From Candidatus Dojkabacteria bacterium (GTDB taxonomy: Bacteria; Patescibacteriota; Dojkabacteria; SC72; JAFGCJ01): a stretch of DNA of 64,000 bases. The position numbers and the translations under genes were made by a program. The stretch lies in the NCBI GenBank assembly GCA_016929645.1, contig JAFGIK010000086.1, positions 408 through 64,407 on the forward strand. The letters are read 5' to 3'. The notes beneath the pieces are model-generated. The model searched no databases, was not told the origin of the DNA, and was given only the letters and a program-made list of their open reading frames with translations. Below, piece after piece: positions 57,233 through 64,000 of this stretch (position 1 is the first letter of the stretch; each line of letters begins with the position of its first letter).

Positions 57233-59185
57233 CTAATTTTCCAGGTAGCCATTATCTGCCAACCAATCAATATATTGCAGTGCAACTTCTGCTGCGTTAT
57301 TACTAGCACCACCACCTTCAAGAAAAATAACAAAAGAATACTTTGGATTGTCATAAGGGAAAAATCCCATAACCCAAGCATGAGTTTTTGTATAATATCC
57401 AGTTTCATCTTTTACACCGAACTCTGCAGTACCAGTTTTTGCTGCAACTTCAACTTTTGACTGACCCAAAGGAACAATAATGCTGTAAGGGCCGGAAACA
57501 CTATTTCTCATACCCTCCTTTATATAATACAAAGTACTATCACTTAATTTACCCTCACGAAGAACATTATCTTCTACCATTGTATAACTCTTTTCAGAAT
57601 TAACACCCGTGGTAACTGATTCCCATTTGTATGAATAATGAGGCTGAATCACCTTTCCTCCATTGGATATTGTTGCAGACCATCCAACCACCTGCATAGG
57701 AGTAGCAAGCGTAATACCTTGACCAATAGCAGAGTTACATGCATCACCTTCTTCATACCAAACAGGATCAAGATACGGATTATTCTTAGCAAGTTCAATT
57801 TTGTTCTCTGGAGAAGGTAACATGCCTGATTGTTCACCAGGAATATCAATCCCGGTCTGACTTCCCACACCATAAAACTCAGCATAATCTATAAAGTTAT
57901 CAATTCCTAAAGCAAGCATTGTCTGACAAAAATAAATATTACTTGATCTCGCAAGACCCTGAACAAAATTCAAAGAACCATAGGCATGACCTTGGTATTC
58001 TTGAAAAGGGAGTGTTCCACCAAGATAGATCGTACCAGAACTCACATAAACAGTATCAGGAGTGGCAGTACCATATTCGAGTGCAGCAGAGCCAACTATC
58101 GTCTTAAACATAGATCCAGGAGGCATTTGAGCGTTTGTCACTCTATTAAATAAAGGAATTCCGGAATCATTAATAAATTTATCATAGTCATCCTGAGAAA
58201 TACCCCCTATAAAGAGATTATTATCATAATTCGGTACACTGACAGAAGCAATAATTTCTCCAGTATATGGATCTTGCAACACTGCAGCACCACCTGTCGC
58301 ACCATATTCTGCAACACCAGCTTTCAACAATTCATCAAGTTTAACTTGGGCATCATAATCGATAGTCAAATACAAACTATCCCCAGGAATAGGAGCTGTT
58401 CCCGAATTCACATATTCTGCAATTAATTTTTGAGAAGCATCAATCTCAATAATCTTCGTACCCTTCTTTCCTCGCAGTTTTTCATCATACCAATACTCTA
58501 TACCATCCATACCAACAATATCTCCCATCTCAACACCATCAACAGCATCAACAACTTCAGCAGAAGCCTCTCCTGTATAGCCAATAATATGGGAGAATGA
58601 GTCCCCACCAAGATATTCCCGTTTAGTAGAATAATCAACCCAAACACCAGGAAGATCATTCTGATTTGAATGAATTTCAAGTACTTGATCTCTTGAAATG
58701 TCTTGAACAAGAATAAGTCTAGAAGTAAGAGGTTCATCGGAAACTACCTTGTCGAACTTATCCATAAGTTCAGATTGATCAACACCTGTCACTTCGGAAA
58801 TTATTCGGAACTCTTCTTTCAGAATTTCGGGATTAACATTTTGTGGATCAATCATCAAATTAAAGGACGGGATATTAATAGCAAGTTTTTTACCATTTCT
58901 ATCATAAATAATACCCCTGTCAGGCTGAATTATGTGTTCTTCAAGTCGATTTAGTTCGGACAAAGTAGAGTATTTTCGCCCTCGGACAATCTGAAGATTA
59001 ACTAAGGAAAAGACGAGAACTCCAAAAAAAATAACTGTAACAGCATAGAGAAAAACTGTATTCCATCCAAAATATTCAGAAATATTTTGTTTCCCATGAA
59101 CCTGCCCTTTAAGAGAATTTACATCCCTCCACACAATATCTTGCTGAAATGTTTTTAGTTTTTTCGATGCAGAGATAACTTCCAA
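57233..59185 (-). CDS. mrdA: Penicillin-binding protein 2 (class B, elongasome)
   Basis: RGIIYDRNG, PGSMFK (SxxK), SSN, KTGT; follows mreBCD. Confidence 0.93.
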   Translation of the reverse strand: MEVISASKKLKTFQQDIVWRDVNSLKGQVHGKQNISEYFGWNTVFLYAVTVIFFGVLVFSLVNLQIVRGRKYSTLSELNRLEEHIIQPDRGIIYDRNGKKLAINIPSFNLMIDPQNVNPEILKEEFRIISEVTGVDQSELMDKFDKVVSDEPLTSRLILVQDISRDQVLEIHSNQNDLPGVWVDYSTKREYLGGDSFSHIIGYTGEASAEVVDAVDGVEMGDIVGMDGIEYWYDEKLRGKKGTKIIEIDASQKLIAEYVNSGTAPIPGDSLYLTIDYDAQVKLDELLKAGVAEYGATGGAAVLQDPYTGEIIASVSVPNYDNNLFIGGISQDDYDKFINDSGIPLFNRVTNAQMPPGSMFKTIVGSAALEYGTATPDTVYVSSGTIYLGGTLPFQEYQGHAYGSLNFVQGLARSSNIYFCQTMLALGIDNFIDYAEFYGVGSQTGIDIPGEQSGMLPSPENKIELAKNNPYLDPVWYEEGDACNSAIGQGITLATPMQVVGWSATISNGGKVIQPHYSYKWESVTTGVNSEKSYTMVEDNVLREGKLSDSTLYYIKEGMRNSVSGPYSIIVPLGQSKVEVAAKTGTAEFGVKDETGYYTKTHAWVMGFFPYDNPKYSFVIFLEGGGASNNAAEVALQYIDWLADNGYLEN

Positions 59186-59196
59186 AAAGTTGCTAC

Positions 59197-59688
59197 TTAT
59201 ACTTTAACTACTGGTCTATTATCTATACGTTCCTTTATCAAGTAAAGAACAAGATATGCTATCCCCGTAAGAATCCATGAACCTACTGAAACTTGAGCAT
59301 AGTAAAGAAAAAGATTCTTATTCATTGACAAACCCTCAAATAACACTTTGCCTATAAGATAATGAACGATATATGATAGATATATTATAGCGTAGGAAAA
59401 TATTAATTTCTGCCAACTCCTATTAAGGATATTGAATGACTTAACTAACACAAAAAATATTAATGGAATCAAAATACTTATTGACATAAGGCCAACATTT
59501 GAATGAAACATCAAATCAAAAAAAATGCCACAAAGAATAGTAAAGATGACAGAACTTGAATCATCATCAATTAATAAAAATCCCAAAGATACTGCCAGAA
59601 TTACATTAACTGGCCCAACAAATGTAAGGCCATAATTCACAAAAGCAATTATGAAAGATAATAAAATTATACGAAGAACTTTATTCAT
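59197..59688 (-). CDS. mreD: Rod shape-determining protein MreD
   Basis: Small multi-TM protein with GIFFDL, between mreC and PBP2. Confidence 0.75.
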   Translation of the reverse strand: MNKVLRIILLSFIIAFVNYGLTFVGPVNVILAVSLGFLLIDDDSSSVIFTILCGIFFDLMFHSNVGLMSISILIPLIFFVLVKSFNILNRSWQKLIFSYAIIYLSYIVHYLIGKVLFEGLSMNKNLFLYYAQVSVGSWILTGIAYLVLYLIKERIDNRPVVKV

Positions 59689-59712
59689 ATATTCTTAATA
59701 AATATTTTAAAA

Positions 59713-60510
59713 TCAATAATCAATTACGACAAAAACATAATCAACATCTTCAATAGCAAAACCAATATCTACATAGGATTTTTTCGTTGATGAAGTGGGA
59801 CTATCTTCAAGTTTAGAGATCTTTCCTATAATCAAATCCTGAGGAATATCATCCTCCCATGTAATAACAGTATCACCAACATTAAGTTCCTCATTTTCCA
59901 AAACATCCTCAAAAACCAATCCATCCAGAGAGCCATGAACAATACCTTTTGCTCTAGTCTCCTGATCAAGACAAATAATATTACTATTATAATCAGTAAT
60001 TAACTGAACTGTTGCCGTACTTTTATAAACAGCACTTACTCTACCAAGATAAATCATACCAATAATTACTACATCATTTTTATGAACATCTTTATCTTCT
60101 CCAATATCAATTACAATACTACCCACAGTACTTTCATTTTCCAGTCCCAATACTCTAGCTTTTTCAAGTTGCCATTCCTTATCATCAGTTAATTCGAGTT
60201 GATCTTTTAATAATTCGTTTTCAACCTCAATCTCTTTAATATTACTTATTTGAGCAAGCAATTTTGCATTATCAATTTTCAATTCATTATTCTGAGAGCT
60301 CAAGACTCCAATCTGAGTAATAGTACTAAAGAATCCCTGTACAGATACAACAGATCTGCCAGCAAAATACTCCAGAGGCTCCATCACGAAATTTACAGAA
60401 GAATACACAGGATCAATCCAACCCATTCCGTCAAGTAAAAGCATGAATACACAAATTAGAATACCGACAACAAAAGACCTAATTGTTTTTTTTAAATAAT
60501 CAATATCCAT
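59713..60510 (-). CDS. mreC: Rod shape-determining protein MreC
   Basis: TM, coiled coil ENELLKDQL, IDIGEDKDV, GDTVIT; operon position. Confidence 0.9.
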   Translation of the reverse strand: MDIDYLKKTIRSFVVGILICVFMLLLDGMGWIDPVYSSVNFVMEPLEYFAGRSVVSVQGFFSTITQIGVLSSQNNELKIDNAKLLAQISNIKEIEVENELLKDQLELTDDKEWQLEKARVLGLENESTVGSIVIDIGEDKDVHKNDVVIIGMIYLGRVSAVYKSTATVQLITDYNSNIICLDQETRAKGIVHGSLDGLVFEDVLENEELNVGDTVITWEDDIPQDLIIGKISKLEDSPTSSTKKSYVDIGFAIEDVDYVFVVIDY

Positions 60511-60555
60511 TTATATTTTTATTTTCTAAATATCTGAGCAGGAAAAACAAGAAAA

Positions 60556-61605
60556 CTAAATAACGTCATCCCAATTCAACTGACACTTCTTTAAGAACTC
60601 AGGATTTTCAAGCATCTTTGACGCACCTCTAACTGCCGCAGTCAAAGGATCATCCGCAATAATAATTGGAAGTTTAACTCTCTCCTCAAGATATTTATCA
60701 ATACCACGTAGCATAGCTCCACCACCAGCAAGAGTAAGCCCAGAACTTGATAAATCAGCCAATAATTCAGGAGGTGTTTCCTCAACAGCATCCTTAACTG
60801 CTTCAGTAATAGAGCTCAGTGAATTCATTAAAGCTTCCCGGACCTCAACTCCTGAAACCTCAATCGACTTTGGCAAACCAGAAAGAAGATCCCGTCCTTG
60901 AAGTACTACTGCCTTTTCTTCTTTTTGAGGATAGGCAGAACCTATGGAGATTTTTACGTCCTCAGCACTTCGCTCTCCAATGAGTAAGTTATACTTATGT
61001 TTTATATAATTAACAATATCCTGATCCATTTCATCACCAGCAATCTGAATCGTTTTATCAACTACAATCCCACCAAGCGAAAGAATAGCAATATCGGTAG
61101 TACCTCCTCCAATATCAACAATCATACTTCCGCTTGCATCTTCAATTGGAAGACCAACACCAATTGCTGCAGCAACAGCTTCTTCAACTACAAAAACTTC
61201 ACGTGCACCAGCAGATTTGGAAGCATCAACAACAGCCTGCCTTTCAACTTCCGTTACTGATGATGGCACACCAATAACAACTCTTGGTCGAGGAATAGTA
61301 AACATTTTTGCGTTAAGACTATGAACTTTCTCAATAAAATATCTAATCATTGCCTGAGTCGTATCAAAGTCAGTAATGACACCATCTCGAAGAGGACGAA
61401 TTGCAACAACATTTGCTGGGGTACGACCAATCATTTGTCTTGCTTCACTACCAACAGCAAGAACCTGTTTTGTTTTCCGGTTTATTGCCACAACTGACGG
61501 TTCATTAATCATAATACCCTTACCCTGAACACTGACCAGTGTATTTGCGGTACCAAGATCAATACCAATATCAAGTGTGACAAGATTCCATATTGAATCA
61601 AACAT
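60556..61605 (-). CDS. mreB: Actin-like protein MreB
   Basis: GIDLGTANT, NEPSVVA, RPLRDGVI, VDIGGGTTD, LAGGGA. Confidence 0.97.
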   Translation of the reverse strand: MFDSIWNLVTLDIGIDLGTANTLVSVQGKGIMINEPSVVAINRKTKQVLAVGSEARQMIGRTPANVVAIRPLRDGVITDFDTTQAMIRYFIEKVHSLNAKMFTIPRPRVVIGVPSSVTEVERQAVVDASKSAGAREVFVVEEAVAAAIGVGLPIEDASGSMIVDIGGGTTDIAILSLGGIVVDKTIQIAGDEMDQDIVNYIKHKYNLLIGERSAEDVKISIGSAYPQKEEKAVVLQGRDLLSGLPKSIEVSGVEVREALMNSLSSITEAVKDAVEETPPELLADLSSSGLTLAGGGAMLRGIDKYLEERVKLPIIIADDPLTAAVRGASKMLENPEFLKKCQLNWDDVI

Positions 61606-61733
61606 ATTGATGGGATTTTATCATTAAAGCAAATCTTATGGAAATACTAATATATGACTACGTCACAGATCAAATAAATCAATGCAAAAACGACAGTTAA
61701 CACTGTCTAAAATAATGACACACAAGGAAAATG

Positions 61734-61949
61734 TTAATTTGAACCTTTTTTGCTTAGAGATTTATAGCACTTCATGCACACCTTCACTCGTTTCATGACA
61801 CCATTAACAAGAAGCTTTGCAGTTCTAAGATTGGGTCGAGTCTTATGAACTCGATTTGGAGCACTGTGAGCCCAACCTGTTGCATGGTGATGAGTATCAC
61901 GATTGCCATAAACTGTTGATTTTTTGCAAATATCACAAACTTTTGACAT
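61734..61949 (-). CDS. rpmB: 50S ribosomal protein bL28, Zn-ribbon form
   Basis: MSKVCDICKK..GN..PNL..VKVCMKC. Confidence 0.92.
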   Translation of the reverse strand: MSKVCDICKKSTVYGNRDTHHHATGWAHSAPNRVHKTRPNLRTAKLLVNGVMKRVKVCMKCYKSLSKKGSN

Positions 61950-62001
61950 AATTACTTGAGTATTAAATCTAAAGATTCAAAGAGATATTATCAGAAAAAT
62001 T

Positions 62002-62640
62002 ATGATCAATCAAATAGCATGGATAATCTTTTCAATACCGACACTACTAATCTCATCTTCCGTACATGAGTTTGCTCATGCCTGGACTGCATACAAACTT
62101 GGAGATTATACAGCAAGAGCAGAAGGAAGAATGACACTTAATCCACTTGCGCACATTGATCCAATAGGTCTTCTTTTAATGATATTTGTCAGATTTGGCT
62201 GGAGCAAACCGGTACCCGTGAACGAATATAATTTTAAGCGACCAGTGCTAGGTATGGCTCTTACGGCACTAGCAGGACCCGTTTCTAACCTTATTCTTGC
62301 AATAATAGCAGCACTGATATACAGAGTATTACCACTTGGAGACATATACTCTACAACACAAACGGCATCTCAGAATTTCATTTCCATAGTTCTCCTTGTT
62401 TTCATAATCGTAAATTTATCTCTTACAATATTTAACCTAATACCACTACCTCCCCTGGATGGTCACAAAATTGTACGAGCATTACTGCCATCAGGAATTA
62501 GGTATTACTGGGAAACACTTGAAAATTATGGATCCTGGATTTTGATGCTGATATTTTTACCCTTCTCTCCGTTGTCAACAATAATTGCTAGTTACCTAAA
62601 CGTCGCAATCCTATTTCTTTTAAGAATTCTTGTTTCATAA
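62002..62640 (+). CDS. Small site-2 protease (M50)
   Basis: HEFAH, GRMTLNPLAHIDP, AGPVSN, FNLIPLPPLDG; start may be the downstream M codon. Confidence 0.92.
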   Translation: MINQIAWIIFSIPTLLISSSVHEFAHAWTAYKLGDYTARAEGRMTLNPLAHIDPIGLLLMIFVRFGWSKPVPVNEYNFKRPVLGMALTALAGPVSNLILAIIAALIYRVLPLGDIYSTTQTASQNFISIVLLVFIIVNLSLTIFNLIPLPPLDGHKIVRALLPSGIRYYWETLENYGSWILMLIFLPFSPLSTIIASYLNVAILFLLRILVS

Positions 62641-62790
62641 AACAATACAAAAATCGCGAACTAGAGAGAGAAACAGGTTGTTCCGTTACGTCTACAAGTA
62701 GTAGAGCTCTATTCAATTTTGATCAAAGGTCTAACAATCCTAGAATAAAAGCCAGAATTACAATTCTAAACAAAGGAGAGTCGGCATAAC

Positions 62791-62819
62791 TTTCAATCCC
62801 CACAAAGTCTTGTTAAAAT
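62791..62819 (+). promoter_or_regulatory. Sigma70-type promoter for the putative 6S RNA
   Basis: TTTCAA-N17-TAAAAT with extended -10 TG at 62811-62812. Confidence 0.55.
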
Positions 62820-62823
62820 TATT

Positions 62824-62969
62824 ATGTCCTACAGACAACGTTAGAGAAGACTAACGTCCCACAACCATAATACCGGGGATCCAAAATCTTTTCGTCCCGT
62901 GGGATGAAACTGAGGCTCCCCACCTGCAGCGCAGGGCGTGTTAGCTTTTGTAACAGGACTGTAGGACAT
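62824..62969 (+). ncRNA. ssrS: Putative 6S RNA, compact (~146 nt)
   Basis: Manual fold: closing stem ATGTCCTACAG/CTGTAGGACAT; GTTAGAGAAGACTAAC with GTTAGCTTTTGTAAC; ACGTCC/GGGCGT; central bubble; GGGGATCC/GGCTCCCC; apical TTTCGTCC/GGATGAAA; GGC.CCCACCTG motif as in Firmicute 6S RNAs. Confidence 0.7.
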
Positions 62970-63033
62970 TTGTTTGATCATCCAAGTAAATTCCAAACTC
63001 GTAAACATTATCAAATAGGTAAAAATCCATATC

Positions 63034-63061
63034 TTGGCATACTAATTAGATCATGTATAAT
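63034..63061 (+). promoter_or_regulatory. Promoter of the tRNA cluster
   Basis: TTGGCA-N16-TATAAT. Confidence 0.55.
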
Positions 63062-63156
63062 ACATCAATCACAATACATTTGTGTTTATGATCTTTTCTT
63101 ATACAAACAGCTCTGTTAAAATTAGTTGCTACTGGGTTTTCTCAAGTTGATAATTT

Positions 63157-63233
63157 GCCGATGTAGCTCAGTTGGCTAGAGCAACGGTTTTGTAAACCGT
63201 AGGTCATGAGTTCGAATCTCATCATCGGCTCCA
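63157..63233 (+). tRNA. tRNA-Thr(UGU), CCA encoded
   Basis: GCCGATG/CATCGGC acceptor stem; ACGGT-TTTGTAA-ACCGT anticodon arm; TTCGAAT T-loop. Confidence 0.96.
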
Positions 63234-63255
63234 AGGATTCGTGTAACAATTTTGT

Positions 63256-63341
63256 GCAGGGATGCCAGAGTGGTCAAATGGTCTGGACTGTAAATCCAGC
63301 GCCGCAAGGCTACACAGGTTCAAATCCTGTTCCCTGCACCA
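63256..63341 (+). tRNA. tRNA-Tyr(GUA), long variable arm, CCA encoded
   Basis: GCAGGGA/TCCCTGC acceptor stem; CTGGA-CTGTAAA-TCCAG anticodon arm. Confidence 0.96.
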
Positions 63342-63365
63342 GATAAAACTTCAAGAAGCCTAGCA

Positions 63366-63438
63366 GCTGGAATAGCTCAGTTGGCAGAGCGCATCCATGG
63401 TAAGGATGAGGTCCCGAGTTCGATCCTCGGTTCCAGCT
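63366..63438 (+). tRNA. tRNA-Thr(GGU), CCA not encoded
   Basis: GCTGGAA/TTCCAGC acceptor stem; CATCC-ATGGTAA-GGATG anticodon arm; TTCGATC T-loop. Confidence 0.95.
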
Positions 63439-63687
63439 TTTTGGAAAGAATATGATTGGAAAAGAATATCAATCACCACTCCCGATATTCGAAAACATTC
63501 AGTTTATGTAGTCGTCAACAAAGCATTTCTACAAAAAACTTATTATTCACAAAAATCAACAGGTATTCGCATGCAAAAAAAACATGAAATTCCACAAATA
63601 TGCTTAGATAATGCATTACATCCACTAGACGACATAAATCAATATTATAATTTTCGTTTATTTCTGTTCTCAATTGTGATCCCAGAA

Positions 63688-63999
63688 ATGGCAAAATCCA
63701 AAAAAGAATATTATCTTTATGATCCAAGTTGTGGAATCACAATATCTTCTTTACCATTACCTCCAGAAAAATTTGGATATGTTCTTGCCATAGAGCAAAC
63801 AGGGGAAGAACAAGTTAGACTTTTACAATACTACTATGGAGCGGTAACCGAAATTACCATTCCCGAAACCAACGGAGATGGATCTACCGACCCAATAACT
63901 ATTAGAAATAATTTTTGTAACCAACAATCACCTACAGCAGAAAATCAACAAATAATACAAAGCTACTATCAAAATCAACCAATAATCTCACCAGAATAG
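63688..63999 (+). CDS. Hypothetical protein (103 aa, MAKSKKEYY...)
   Basis: 3' part of the ORF-track call 63397..63999, whose 5' end overlaps a tRNA; restarted at the ATG at 63688. Confidence 0.45.
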   Translation: MAKSKKEYYLYDPSCGITISSLPLPPEKFGYVLAIEQTGEEQVRLLQYYYGAVTEITIPETNGDGSTDPITIRNNFCNQQSPTAENQQIIQSYYQNQPIISPE

Positions 64000-64000
64000 G

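Noticed and set aside
188-62345. Numerous 60-140 aa antisense or nested ORFs in the track
   Set aside because: They are shadows of well-supported genes on the opposite strand or in another frame, with no motifs of their own
62880-62930. Possible hammerhead ribozyme (GATGAAACTGAG)
   Set aside because: No CUGAUGA core in the right order with three stems; the 6S-like fold explains the region better
62904-63119. 71-aa ORF
   Set aside because: It overlaps the 6S-like RNA and the tRNA promoter and has no protein-like features
63397-63687. 5' half of the 200-aa ORF in the track
   Set aside because: It starts inside tRNA-Thr(GGU); the ATG at 63688 is the more plausible start

Overview
This is an AT-rich bacterial window using the standard genetic code, with most genes on the minus strand. 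Gene content and gene losses look like Patescibacteria/CPR, most like Dojkabacteria (WS6); this is an inference from family recognition, not a database result. Most of the window is housekeeping: prfA-prmC, rpsF-ssb-rpsR, rplI, ychF, cysS, rnhC, dnaX-ebfC-recR, mfd, pth, ybeY, rpsU, rpsB-tsf-frr-rseP, nrdD, dut, glyA, dprA-topA-radC, mreBCD-PBP2, rpmB and three tRNAs. The items that stand out are: (1) a tightly packed five-gene operon, beta-CASP nuclease -> HAD phosphatase -> ribose-1,5-bisphosphate isomerase -> form III-type RubisCO -> AMP phosphorylase, which reads as an RNA-to-3-phosphoglycerate salvage line; (2) ribosomal protein uS2 fused to an RNA polymerase alpha-CTD-like domain, followed by an EF-Ts with a duplicated N-terminal UBA-like domain; (3) a degenerate GlmL-like (actin/ASKHA fold) protein plus a barrel-sandwich/KOW protein directly behind rpsR; (4) a stand-alone FdhF-like molybdoenzyme; (5) an Mfd lacking its C-terminal D7 domain; (6) an unannotated ~146-nt structured RNA that folds like a compact 6S RNA; (7) modular Cys-rich surface proteins, some with LPxTG-like tails. 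No CRISPR array, transposase, integrase or rRNA was seen. All product calls rest on motif recognition by eye.
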